A stretch of 32,000 nt of DNA from an uncultured Acidobacteriota bacterium (GCA_963696025.1 CAVOII010000009.1:170561-202560); one strand, 5' to 3'. Counted from the first letter of the stretch, positions 9,491 through 18,844 are shown. A program made the numbers and translations. The notes: generated from the sequence alone by a model not told the origin.

Positions 9491-10237
9491 ATGCCGGATG
9501 CACGCAATGTCGGCGCTAATGGGAATTTCCCCGCGACACGCTGGTCGCTCATTCTGGCGGCACGGAGCGGCCAGGTCGAGGAGCGTCAGCGCGCGCTCAA
9601 TACGCTGATTGCCGCATACTGGAAGCCGGTGTACAAGTACATCCGCCTTCGTTGGCGGAAGGACAACGAAGAGGCTCAGGACCTGACGCAGGAGTTTTTC
9701 GCGCGCCTGCTGGAAAACGATTTCCTCGAAAGCTACGATCCGAGCCGGGCGCGACTACGCACATTTCTACGGGTATGCGTCGATCGGCTGGTCGCGAACC
9801 AGGAGAAAGCTGCCCATCGGTTGAAGCGCGGCGGCGAGCTCCAGATTCTTTCCCTTGATTTCGAATCGGCCGAGGGTGAATTGCAGCAAATCGAAATACC
9901 GTCGCCCGAAACGATGGACGACTTCTTCGCGAGAGAGTGGGTGCGCAGTGTTTTTAGCCTTGCACTGGAACGTTTGCGGCAGGACTGTGAGGAGCGGGGC
10001 AAACAGACGCGGTTTCGCTTGCTGGAACTCTACGACATCGAGGAGGGCGGCAAGAAGTTGACCTATGAACAGGTGGGTCGTCAGTTTGGATTGAAGGCGT
10101 CTGACGTCACTAACTATCTGGCCTACGCTCGCCGCGAATTTCGCCGCATCGTGCTGGAGCAACTCCGGGAGATGACCGCCAACGACGATGAATTCCGCCG
10201 CGAGGCGCGCACCCTGTTGGGTATTGATGTTCCGTGA
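9491..10237 (+). CDS. ECF-type RNA polymerase sigma factor, of the type paired with Ser/Thr kinases (ECF43-like)
   Basis: Sigma-2-like RWSLILAA...AQDLTQEFFARLLE...LRTFLRVCVDRLV. Sigma-4 HTH-like LTYEQVGRQFGLKASDVTNYLAYARREFRRIV. Stop TGA 10235-10237 overlaps GTG 10234 of the downstream kinase. Confidence 0.8.
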   Translation: MPDARNVGANGNFPATRWSLILAARSGQVEERQRALNTLIAAYWKPVYKYIRLRWRKDNEEAQDLTQEFFARLLENDFLESYDPSRARLRTFLRVCVDRLVANQEKAAHRLKRGGELQILSLDFESAEGELQQIEIPSPETMDDFFAREWVRSVFSLALERLRQDCEERGKQTRFRLLELYDIEEGGKKLTYEQVGRQFGLKASDVTNYLAYARREFRRIVLEQLREMTANDDEFRREARTLLGIDVP

Positions 10238-11229
10238 AAACCGGCGTCCCCATGAAGTGGCTCTCAGATTCCGCGCTTGACCGCCTGCGTGCCGCCGCCG
10301 ACGCGCCCGATCTCAGCGGCACTCGTTACCTGTTGCAGGATAAGCTTGGCCAGGGCGGTATGGGCGGTGTGTATCGCGTCGAAGACACTATACTCACGCG
10401 GCAAGTGGCGCTCAAGGTGATCGGATTCGCCGATTCCGGCGGTGAACTCGCAGCCCGACTGCTGCGCGAGGCCAAGGTGATCGCACAGCTGGAGCATCCC
10501 GGAATTGTCCCGGTGCACGACGTGGGGACTCTGCCCGACGGCCGCGTGTTCTACACCATGAAGTTGGTGCAGGGCCACCGACTGGATCAGCGCGCCGCGG
10601 AACTGGGAGGAGTGCCGGACCGACTGCGAATTTTCCGGAGAATCTGTGAAGCGGTGTCATTTGCTCATGCTCGCGGCGTGTTGCATCGCGACCTGAAGCC
10701 GCAGAATGTAATGATCGGACCTTTTGGTGAAGTGCTGGTGATGGACTGGGGGCTCTCGAAACTGCTGGGCTCAAAGAATCCGATCGGCGAAGAAAGGCCG
10801 CACCCAGACGCGCCTCGAGTAAAGCATGCGACCGGCACCTCCCATGGCGTGATTCTGGGTACGCCCGGCTATATGGCTCCAGAGCAAGCTCGCGGGGAGG
10901 TCGCCAGGGTCGATCAACGTGCAGACATTTATTCGTTGGCGGCAATATTGAAATTCCTCTTAGCCCATCCTTTCCCTAACCGGGTACCAAAAGCGCTATC
11001 CGCGATCTGCCGTCAGGCGTCAGCAGAAGAACCACAACAGCGGTATGGCTCGGTAGAGGAGCTGGCAACTGATGTGGCACATTACTTGGATGGACTGCCG
11101 GTCAGCGCGTATCCCGAGGGTCCTTTCGCGCCCTTGTGGCGATGGGCGGCCAAGAATAGCGCCTGGCTATTGCTGGTCCTCGCCTATATTGTGATGCGCG
11201 CTTTGTTAATCATGTGGCGAATTCGGTAG
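10234..11229 (+). CDS. Ser/Thr protein kinase with C-terminal membrane anchor
   Basis: GQGGMGGVYRV, VALKV, HRDLKPQNVM, MDWGLS, GTPGYMAPEQ, and the C-terminal helix AWLLLVLAYIVMRALLIMW. Start is GTG 10234 (GTGA overlap) or ATG 10252. Confidence 0.85.
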   Translation: MKTGVPMKWLSDSALDRLRAAADAPDLSGTRYLLQDKLGQGGMGGVYRVEDTILTRQVALKVIGFADSGGELAARLLREAKVIAQLEHPGIVPVHDVGTLPDGRVFYTMKLVQGHRLDQRAAELGGVPDRLRIFRRICEAVSFAHARGVLHRDLKPQNVMIGPFGEVLVMDWGLSKLLGSKNPIGEERPHPDAPRVKHATGTSHGVILGTPGYMAPEQARGEVARVDQRADIYSLAAILKFLLAHPFPNRVPKALSAICRQASAEEPQQRYGSVEELATDVAHYLDGLPVSAYPEGPFAPLWRWAAKNSAWLLLVLAYIVMRALLIMWRIR

Positions 11230-11314
11230 TGTTCCTGTAGCGCGAGAAGCCTAAAGAATTTCTCGGCGGCGTTGAATAGAACCTTTGGCGGACACAATTC
11301 CGCCAGGAGGTCAC

Positions 11315-11674
11315 ATGAACAAGATAGTGCTGGGATTGCTGCTGGGCGGACTTCTGGGCATTTTCGACGGCCTCACGGCATGGTTCACGCCCGAGGTGCG
11401 GTCACAACTGCTGGGCATCGTTATTGGATCCACTTTCAAAGGCCTGATCACCGGTGTGCTCATCGGCTATTTCGCTAAGAAAGTGAATTCCCTGCCACTA
11501 GGCATCATCTTCGGGCTCGCCGTCGGCTTGATTCTTGCTTTCGCCGTGGCCGCCATGCCGAATCCCGCTGGCAAACACTATTATTTCGAAATCATGTTGC
11601 CGGGCGGCATTCTGGGGATAATTGTGGGTTACGCCACCCAGCGTTTCGGTCAAGCTCAGGTGGCCAGCAGATGA
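11315..11674 (+). CDS. Small integral membrane protein (about 4 TM helices, glycine-rich)
   Basis: ATG 11315 is preceded by AGGAGG (11305-11310). The 119-aa sequence is almost entirely G/L/I-rich hydrophobic helices. Confidence 0.6.
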   Translation: MNKIVLGLLLGGLLGIFDGLTAWFTPEVRSQLLGIVIGSTFKGLITGVLIGYFAKKVNSLPLGIIFGLAVGLILAFAVAAMPNPAGKHYYFEIMLPGGILGIIVGYATQRFGQAQVASR

Positions 11675-11789
11675 TTGCGGCGTCAGCCGAGGCCTGCAGG
11701 TCCTCGCTGCACTGAGGATGACAACCAGTTTGGTGCGTTGGCCGGGAACGCGGTAGAGTAAGCGGTCGCGAGCTTGCGAATCAATCAGC

Positions 11790-12476
11790 ATGGCCAGCGA
11801 AAGTGAAAAAGAAGCAGCGGCGCGCGCCAGCCTGCGCTTTGTACACGACGGAGATATCGTTGGCCTGGGAACAGGCTCGACCGCGGTGCATGTTGTCAAC
11901 CTTCTCGGCGAGCGGGTGCGAGCTGGACTGAAGATTCGGGGAATTCCTACTTCAGTTCCCACCAAGGAGTTGGCGGCTGGCTTAGGAATCCCACTGACCA
12001 CCCTCGACGAGTTTCAGCAGATTGACGTCACCATTGATGGAGCCGATGAAGTTGACCCCAAGCTTCGGCTGATCAAAGGGGGTGGCGGCGCGCTGCTGCG
12101 GGAAAAAATCATCGGATCCGCATCGCGTAAATACGTGATCATCGTGGACTCCAGCAAACAAGTTCCCATGCTGGGGGAATTTCCGCTGCCCGTGGAGGTC
12201 ATTCCTTTCGCACAGGCTCTGCTGGCAAAAAAAATTACCGCGTTGGGCGCGTCGGTCCGGTTACGGGTGAATTCTTCGGGGAAGCCTTTCATCACCGACG
12301 AAGGTCACCACATTTTGGACTGCCACTTCGGCCAAATCTCCGATCCCGACGGCCTGGCTCGCGAACTGGAGCGGATGCCCGGCATCGTGGAGCACGGCTT
12401 GTTTATTGGGATGGCGGACGTGGTTCTGGTTGGCAAGGGCGACAAGGTCTTAGAAATTGCGAGAGCGAACGAGTAA
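11790..12476 (+). CDS. rpiA: Ribose-5-phosphate isomerase A
   Basis: Classic RpiA motifs: GLGTGSTA, IPTS, DGADEVD, LIKGGGGALLREKI, VEHGLF. Confidence 0.92.
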   Translation: MASESEKEAAARASLRFVHDGDIVGLGTGSTAVHVVNLLGERVRAGLKIRGIPTSVPTKELAAGLGIPLTTLDEFQQIDVTIDGADEVDPKLRLIKGGGGALLREKIIGSASRKYVIIVDSSKQVPMLGEFPLPVEVIPFAQALLAKKITALGASVRLRVNSSGKPFITDEGHHILDCHFGQISDPDGLARELERMPGIVEHGLFIGMADVVLVGKGDKVLEIARANE

Positions 12477-12501
12477 CCGAATACCTCTCCTCGCTACTTT
12501 C

Positions 12502-13620
12502 TCATTCTGCACCCCAAGTTTCTCTCAATACCCGATAGAAGTTCTTGCCTAAAACTTTTTCGATCACCTCAAATGAGTATCCCAGCTTGCTCAAACCGGT
12601 AGCGATGATTTCCAGGCGATCGGTTCGATCCAAATCTGGCGAGTATGGCGGGCGGTCCTCTTCGGGAGCGGCTACCCCTGACTTTTTCCGGCTGGCGATG
12701 TGCTCCGCGAATGCTTTTCGTTGCTCAGGTGTGTTCGGATAGGTGTCCAGAATGCCGTCACTCCCAATTCCCACGTGGTCGGTCCCACAAATTTTCAGGG
12801 CGTGGTCCAGATGCTGGAGGGCGTGTTCGCGTGTCGGAGAAATTGGGCTGGCCACCAGGTACGGCATAAAGTAGATCCCGGCTACCCCGCCGTGATCCGC
12901 CAGCAACCGCAGTTCGCGGTCTTCCTTGTTGCGGGGATGCGGATGAACTGCATAGCACCCAACGTGAGTAAAGAGCACAGGTTTGCTGGAGGCCTCGATG
13001 GCCTCAGCGCTGGTGCGCTGGCCGCAGTGGCTCAGGTCAACGGCGATGCCCCGGTCATTCATTTTGCTGATAGCTGCGTGTCCCAGCTTGCTCAGTCCAG
13101 CATTGCCGGGCTCCAAGCAGCCATCGCCATAGAGTCCGCGATTGTTGTAAGTCAGCTGAATGATACGAACCCCGAGCCGCCGGAACACCTCGAGGCGATC
13201 CAAATTCGATCCCAGGCACTGGGTTTCCTGGAATCCCAGCATGATGCCGATTTTTTGCTCGCGTTTGGCCTGGTCGAGGTCGGAATGGCGGCGAACCACT
13301 GACCAGTGCGCAGGATCGCTCTCAGCAATCCCGTTGACGAACGCAATATACGAGACGGTGTCTTCGAATTCCGGCAGCGAGACTGTCCAGTTGATCGCAC
13401 TCACTCCCGCTTCAAGCGCCTGTTTTGTGATCTCCGGCTTAATGGGCAGATCGAAGGAGTCCGCTCTGATGGCAGCGCACGCATCGATGACCAACGTCCT
13501 GTGATAAAGATCAGCGATCGCCGGAATAATGCCGGCCTCCTGCGCAAGAATGCGCGCCGGATCCAGTTTTAATAGACAGGCAATTTGCGCGGAGTTTGCC
13601 AGGAAAGCCCGGCGATCCAT
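12502..13620 (-). CDS. Membrane/renal-type dipeptidase (peptidase M19) with Tat-like signal
   Basis: N-terminal MDRRAFLANSAQ. M19-like text: IIQLTYNNRGLYGDGC, VDLSHCGQRT, FTHVG, DHVGIGSDG. Confidence 0.8.
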   Translation of the reverse strand: MDRRAFLANSAQIACLLKLDPARILAQEAGIIPAIADLYHRTLVIDACAAIRADSFDLPIKPEITKQALEAGVSAINWTVSLPEFEDTVSYIAFVNGIAESDPAHWSVVRRHSDLDQAKREQKIGIMLGFQETQCLGSNLDRLEVFRRLGVRIIQLTYNNRGLYGDGCLEPGNAGLSKLGHAAISKMNDRGIAVDLSHCGQRTSAEAIEASSKPVLFTHVGCYAVHPHPRNKEDRELRLLADHGGVAGIYFMPYLVASPISPTREHALQHLDHALKICGTDHVGIGSDGILDTYPNTPEQRKAFAEHIASRKKSGVAAPEEDRPPYSPDLDRTDRLEIIATGLSKLGYSFEVIEKVLGKNFYRVLRETWGAE

Positions 13621-13651
13621 GAACTACTCTCCCTTTTTTCGTGTCTCCTCT

Positions 13652-14050
13652 TCAACCCATCGCGTTCGCGTGTTCAGGCTGGACCTTGTATATCACGCGC
13701 GTTTCTCCGGCTTGGCGGTACGGATATTTATCCACTCCGAGGTATTTCTTGGCCAGCTTGTCGATGTGGGCATCGGCCCCTTGCTCGGTGATTTCCACCA
13801 CCCGGCCGCGGATTTCGAGGTAACGATAGGGATTGTCCGGATCGATAATGGTCAGCGCGACACGCGGATTGCGGCGCACATTGCGGTCCTTCTGCCGGCC
13901 CTTGGCGGAGTTGAAAACCACGTAGTCACCTTCCATGTCGCACCATACCGGCGTCACTTGAGGGCTGCCGTCCGGCATCAGCGTACCGAGACTTGCGAAA
14001 GCGCGCTTGCTGAACAGATCACGATACTTTTCCGGAATGGACTGAGACAT
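13652..14050 (-). CDS. Pyridoxamine 5'-phosphate oxidase (PPOX)-family, putative F420/FMN-binding protein
   Basis: LGTLMPDGSPQVTPVWCDMEGDYVVFNSAKGRQKDRNVRRNPRVALTIIDPDNPYRYLEIRGRV matches the PPOX class split-barrel pattern. Confidence 0.75.
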   Translation of the reverse strand: MSQSIPEKYRDLFSKRAFASLGTLMPDGSPQVTPVWCDMEGDYVVFNSAKGRQKDRNVRRNPRVALTIIDPDNPYRYLEIRGRVVEITEQGADAHIDKLAKKYLGVDKYPYRQAGETRVIYKVQPEHANAMG

Positions 14051-14280
14051 GACACCTCCTGAAATAACGATCGAGAAGCTGCTGCCAAGGGATTATAGAC
14101 GGGCTGCCGGACTCGCGTCACATCTCCCACCGGACGGGCCGGAAGAACGCTTCTGTTCCGCGAAGCCAGCGTTTACAATGTCAGACCTTACTCGAATTGC
14201 ATAGAGTTCAATATCAGTTTTGAATTCGAGTACGGCGCAACTTGCATTTCTGTTAGATCGTACTAAACAGTTGATTTTTC

Positions 14281-15225
14281 TTGGAGCCGAGAACCTTGAC
14301 CTTACGATTTCCCAATCAGCATCGAATCCTGCCATCGCTGATAGTTCTTTTTATCCTGCTTGGGAGCGGCAAGCCGGCCGCAGTCGCCCAATCAACCGCC
14401 GCGAATGCCCTGCCCACCATTGTTTTCATGACCGACTTTGGCGTGTTGGACGATTCTGTCGCCATCTGCAGGGGCGTCATGTATTCCGTCGCTCCTGAGG
14501 CGCGCATCGTGGATCTCACTCACCAAGTCACGCCCTTTTCGATTCTTGACGGGGCGCGGTTCCTCTATGGGGCAAGCCCGTACTATCCGGCGGGAACAGT
14601 TTTTGTGGTGGTCATCGATCCCGGCGTGGGCAGCACCCGCAAAGCGGTGGTGGTGAAATCGAAACATGGGCAATATTTTGTCCTTCCTGATAATGGCCTG
14701 ATGACCCTGGTCCAGGATCGCGATGGAATTGAAGCCGCCAGAGAAATCACAAATCGTGATTGGATGATCGGAGCCGCCCTGTCCTCAACCTTCCACGGAC
14801 GCGACATTTTTTCGCCAGCAGGCGCTCATCTTGCCCGCGGCGACAATTGGATTCAGGTTGGTCCGGAGCTCGATGTGAACAAACTGGTTCGGCTCGACCT
14901 CGCTCCATCGAAACTCGATCCACGCGGCTTGAGTGGTGAGGTCATCGCAACCGACGGCCCCTACGGCAATCTGGTCACTAACATCAGCGGCGAAGACTTT
15001 CTCAAGCTGGGCTATGATCGCGGACAGAATGTACGAGTCTCTATCGGAAACACGGAGACGGATCTGCCCTTCGTGCGTACCTTTAGCGACGTGCCGCTGA
15101 AGAAGCCGCTTCTATATATTGACTCACGTGGACACGTCGGCCTGGCGGTAAACCAGGGCAGCTTTACATCGACTTATGGGATCAAGCCGCCGGTGCCGAT
15201 TTTTATCCCGCGCGCAAAAAACTGA
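14281..15225 (+). CDS. SAM hydrolase / SAM hydroxide adenosyltransferase family (DUF62; fluorinase/chlorinase superfamily) with N-terminal signal-peptide-like extension
   Basis: IVFMTDFGVLDDSV, VVVIDPGVGSTRKAVV, VLPDNGL, TFHGRDIFSPAGAHLA. N-terminus is ILPSLIVLFILLGSGKPAAVAQS. Only TTG codons (14281, 14296) are available as starts upstream of the hydrophobic segment. Confidence 0.8.
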   Translation: MEPRTLTLRFPNQHRILPSLIVLFILLGSGKPAAVAQSTAANALPTIVFMTDFGVLDDSVAICRGVMYSVAPEARIVDLTHQVTPFSILDGARFLYGASPYYPAGTVFVVVIDPGVGSTRKAVVVKSKHGQYFVLPDNGLMTLVQDRDGIEAAREITNRDWMIGAALSSTFHGRDIFSPAGAHLARGDNWIQVGPELDVNKLVRLDLAPSKLDPRGLSGEVIATDGPYGNLVTNISGEDFLKLGYDRGQNVRVSIGNTETDLPFVRTFSDVPLKKPLLYIDSRGHVGLAVNQGSFTSTYGIKPPVPIFIPRAKN

Positions 15226-15280
15226 AAACCGAATCACGAGGCAAAAGTCAAGCATCGGTAGTTCGTGGTGGTGCGGTTTG

Positions 15281-15390
15281 GTTGTCATCCTGAGCAAGCG
15301 TTCCTTGCGCAGTGAAAGCCTGCCCTGAGCGTAGTCGAACGGGATCTGGGCGAACCGCGCGAGGCGTCGCGCTAGTGGCGACGCAACAAT
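15281..15390. repeat. REP-like intergenic element (GTCATCCTGAGC... / CCTGAGCGTAGTCGAACGGG type) with embedded hairpins
   Basis: GTCATCCTGAGC at 15284-15295 and CTGAGCGTAGTCGAACGGG at 15325-15343. Hairpin GCGTCGC/GCGACGC at 15364-15384. Related copies at 18871-18889, 26527-26544 and 31081-31144. Confidence 0.65.
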
Positions 15391-15475
15391 CGCGAGTTCG
15401 GCTGGCTTCCTTCTCAACCTGCAGCACTACTTGAGTCTCTAATAGAGTTCAATGTATATCCTGGGAGAAAAGCAT

Positions 15476-18400
15476 ATGAGCAGCTCGTTATTCGCAGCCA
15501 ATTCCAAGGCAGACGTTAAATGCTCAAAACTCAAAAGACGGATCGTTCTGGCTGTGGTGCTGCTTATCCCGTATCTTCTTCTGGCGCAGAGCTATCGCGG
15601 CTCCATCCGCGGCAAGGTTTCCGATCCCAGCGGAGCCGTGGTCGCTGGCGCCAAGGTGACGGCCAAGAGCGACGCGACTGGACTGGTCCGCGGAACCATC
15701 ACCGGCGCGGATGGCGCCTACGTATTAGCAGAACTGCCCGCCGGTGAGTACGTGGTGCTAGTCGAATCCACGGGACTTTCGACCGCGGCCCAAAACGTCG
15801 TTGTGAATGTTGGCCTCGACACCACCGCCGACTTCGATTTGACCAAGTTCGAAAGAAAAGTCGAGCAAGTGTTGGTCACGGGCGAGGCGCCCGTCATTGA
15901 GACCTCGCGCGATGTACTGGGCGAGGTGGTGGACGAGAAGCTGGTTACCGAACTTCCGCTCAACGGCCGTGACTTTGGCAAGCTGGTGGCATTGGTACCA
16001 GGTGCGACTGTCGAGCCTTCTGGAGTCGCCGCCGTGCAGAGTGGATTTGGACAGTTCAGCATCAACGGTAACCGCGACCGGTCTAACAATTACACCCTTG
16101 ACGGAACCGACAACAACGATCCTTTTTTCAACAATTCCGCGCTAAACCAGACGGGCATCGGTGGAGCGCCCGCGTCACTGCTGCCGATTGATGCCATTCA
16201 GGAATTCAATCTGCAGTCACAGTTCGCGGCTGAATATGGGCGGAACAGCGGGTCGGTGATCAACATTCTGACCAAGTCCGGGACGAATCAGCTCCATGGC
16301 TCCGCTTTCGAATTCCTGCGCAACAGCGCGCTCGATGCCCGAAACTATTTCAATCGCGACCCTGCCCTCAAGACCGGATTCAAGAACAATCAGTTTGGCG
16401 GCTCGTTAGGTGGACCCATCATCAAAAACAGGACCTTCTTCTTTGGCGCATACGAAGGGCAGCGCGAGCGCGTAGGTTCCGACTTCACTTTCCTGGTGCC
16501 GACTCAAACGCAGATTACGAACGCGCAGACTTTGGCCCTAGCCAATGGAATCACGCCTAGTAGCGCGTTGACCAATCTTTTGGGTTTCTTCCCCGCGCCC
16601 ACCGGCTCCAACGGGAGTGTGGGAACGGTGCCCGGCACGGTGGCGGACAAGAACGATGGCAACAATCTTATCGCCAAGATCGATCACCAGCTCAGCTCCA
16701 ACCAATCGCTCACCGGGCGCTATGCTTTCTCCCAGAGCACCCAGATTTTCCCCTTGGGTGGTCTGGGAACTGGAGCTGCCTCCCGCCTGGCCCGGTTTGC
16801 TCAGACGTCGCCGGCCCGGGTGCAGGTGGTCTCCGCCAGCCTGCTTTCCACCGTGAGCACTACTAAGATCAATGAGGTACGCTTCGGCTACAGCCGCTAC
16901 CGTACATCGTTCGAGCCGAAGGACATCAACTTCAACCCAAATTCCATCGGCATTGATTTTGGTACCGGTCTGCTAAGCGTGCCGGAGGTCGACTTCGGCG
17001 GCACCTTTGAGAACCTGGGTGCCAGCGCTTTTCTTCCGCATGGCCGCACCAGCGGAAGCTTTCAGGTTCTCGACAATTTCACTTGGTTGAAGGGTCGGCA
17101 CACGATCAGGTTCGGTGGAGAGGTTCGCCGAATCATCATCGAGAGCTTTAACGACAGTCTGTCGAGAGGGCAGGTTGAATTCGGCTCCTCAACCTTTGGC
17201 GCCGGAGGAAGCGGAATTTGCCCCGCGACTTTCACGGCGGCGCAATGCAGCGATCCCGCCATCACCACGCTGGCGAATTTCTACTTGGGATCACCTTTTT
17301 CCGTGTCCGCCAATGCAGGCAATACTCAGCGCACAACCTACAACAATGGCTTGAGTTTTTTTGCGCAGGACGATTTTCGAGCCAACTCCAAATTAACCAT
17401 AAATTACGGCTTGAGATGGGAATACTTTGGCCCGTTGAGCGAGGCGCACAACCTGCTTTCAAACCTGGGACGCGATGGCAACCTTGCGCTGGTCGGTACA
17501 GACGGCGTCAATGGTGCTTATCGGCGTGACTTGGACAATTTTGGCCCCAGACTGGGATTTGCCTGGAACGCTTTGGCCAAAACCGTGCTGCGCGGCGGTT
17601 ACGGGATCTACTACGACAATGTTCCCCAGGATTTGCTGATTGCGAACTTCACAACTTCGGCGGGACTGATCACAAACCCTATTGGGCCAGCCGCAGTTTT
17701 ACCCTTCAACTTCAATGCAGGGGCCTTCAACGGCAGCACTCCTGGGCCGGTGTTTACGCCGACTGCCAGTCCATGCCCGGGATCATTTTGCAGCGTTTTT
17801 GTGACGCCGCGAAATTTTCCTACTCCCTATTCGCAGAACTGGAACCTGAATATTGAACGGGCTCTGTCACAAGATTTCGCCCTACAACTTGGCTACGTAG
17901 GGGGTAAAGGAACCCATCTGGTGCGCCTGCTGGACATTAACCAGCCGGACTATCTAGGCAATCGCCCCAACCCAAATTATGGCGCCATGGATTCGCTTTC
18001 GCCGCTCACTTCCTCGTCCTACCACGCATTGCAGGCGACGCTGCGTTCGCGCAACTGGCACGGTTTAACTGGGTTCGCGGGCTATACGTTCTCCAAGTCT
18101 CTGGACGACGCCTCGGACGGAATTGACTATAATTTTTCCACGGTCGCCTTCCCACAGAATGGTTTCGATCTGGCAGCGGACCGCGGGCCTTCGAATTTCG
18201 ATGCGCGCCACCGCTTTACGGCCGCTTTCACTTACCAGCTTCCGCCCCTCCCCGGGCCGAGAAAACTCGGGGAAGGCTGGCTGTTCAACACTATTGTGAC
18301 AGCGCAGAGCGGCCGCCCTGTGCCCATCGTAAGCGCCAACGATACAAGCGGCGCGTCGTTCGACCAATTTCCCAGCCCGTCGAATTTTCACCAACGGCCG

Positions 18401-18841
18401 GATCTGATACCGAGGGTGAACCCGATCAATTCCAATTGGGAGTCGGCGCCGGACGTGATTGGTTATCTTAACGGCAACGCCTTTGCGCAACCACTCGACG
18501 CGACCGCGGCCAACCCTCAGGGCAGCTTCGGGGACCTGGGACGCAACGCGATTTACGGACCACATTTCTGGAGCGCGGATTTTGCCATATCGAAGGACAC
18601 TCGGCTCTTCGAGCGGCTGAACCTGCAGCTTCGGGCGGAGTTCTTCAACATCTTCAACCATCCCAATTTCGCGCTACCCAGCTTCTTCGTGAGCCCGGCA
18701 TTCAACGCGGATGGGACGCCCACGGGAGCATCGGCCAGCCAAGGATTGATCACTCAAACGCCCGATCAAGCCCAGACCAATCCCGGCCTAGGCGGCGGCG
18801 GACCGCGGGTGATGCAGTTGGCGGCAAAGTTCACTTTCTGA
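15476..18841 (+). CDS. TonB-dependent receptor-like outer-membrane protein with N-terminal carboxypeptidase-regulatory-like domain
   Basis: Signal peptide, then IRGKVSDPSGAVVAGAKVTAKSDATGLVRGTITGADGAYVLAELPAGEYVV (CarboxypepD_reg). Plug-like PLNGRDF, FSINGNRDRSNNYTLDG. Long beta-rich body ending in the barrel signature ...QLAAKFTF. Confidence 0.85.
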   Translation: MSSSLFAANSKADVKCSKLKRRIVLAVVLLIPYLLLAQSYRGSIRGKVSDPSGAVVAGAKVTAKSDATGLVRGTITGADGAYVLAELPAGEYVVLVESTGLSTAAQNVVVNVGLDTTADFDLTKFERKVEQVLVTGEAPVIETSRDVLGEVVDEKLVTELPLNGRDFGKLVALVPGATVEPSGVAAVQSGFGQFSINGNRDRSNNYTLDGTDNNDPFFNNSALNQTGIGGAPASLLPIDAIQEFNLQSQFAAEYGRNSGSVINILTKSGTNQLHGSAFEFLRNSALDARNYFNRDPALKTGFKNNQFGGSLGGPIIKNRTFFFGAYEGQRERVGSDFTFLVPTQTQITNAQTLALANGITPSSALTNLLGFFPAPTGSNGSVGTVPGTVADKNDGNNLIAKIDHQLSSNQSLTGRYAFSQSTQIFPLGGLGTGAASRLARFAQTSPARVQVVSASLLSTVSTTKINEVRFGYSRYRTSFEPKDINFNPNSIGIDFGTGLLSVPEVDFGGTFENLGASAFLPHGRTSGSFQVLDNFTWLKGRHTIRFGGEVRRIIIESFNDSLSRGQVEFGSSTFGAGGSGICPATFTAAQCSDPAITTLANFYLGSPFSVSANAGNTQRTTYNNGLSFFAQDDFRANSKLTINYGLRWEYFGPLSEAHNLLSNLGRDGNLALVGTDGVNGAYRRDLDNFGPRLGFAWNALAKTVLRGGYGIYYDNVPQDLLIANFTTSAGLITNPIGPAAVLPFNFNAGAFNGSTPGPVFTPTASPCPGSFCSVFVTPRNFPTPYSQNWNLNIERALSQDFALQLGYVGGKGTHLVRLLDINQPDYLGNRPNPNYGAMDSLSPLTSSSYHALQATLRSRNWHGLTGFAGYTFSKSLDDASDGIDYNFSTVAFPQNGFDLAADRGPSNFDARHRFTAAFTYQLPPLPGPRKLGEGWLFNTIVTAQSGRPVPIVSANDTSGASFDQFPSPSNFHQRPDLIPRVNPINSNWESAPDVIGYLNGNAFAQPLDATAANPQGSFGDLGRNAIYGPHFWSADFAISKDTRLFERLNLQLRAEFFNIFNHPNFALPSFFVSPAFNADGTPTGASASQGLITQTPDQAQTNPGLGGGGPRVMQLAAKFTF

Positions 18842-18844
18842 TCG

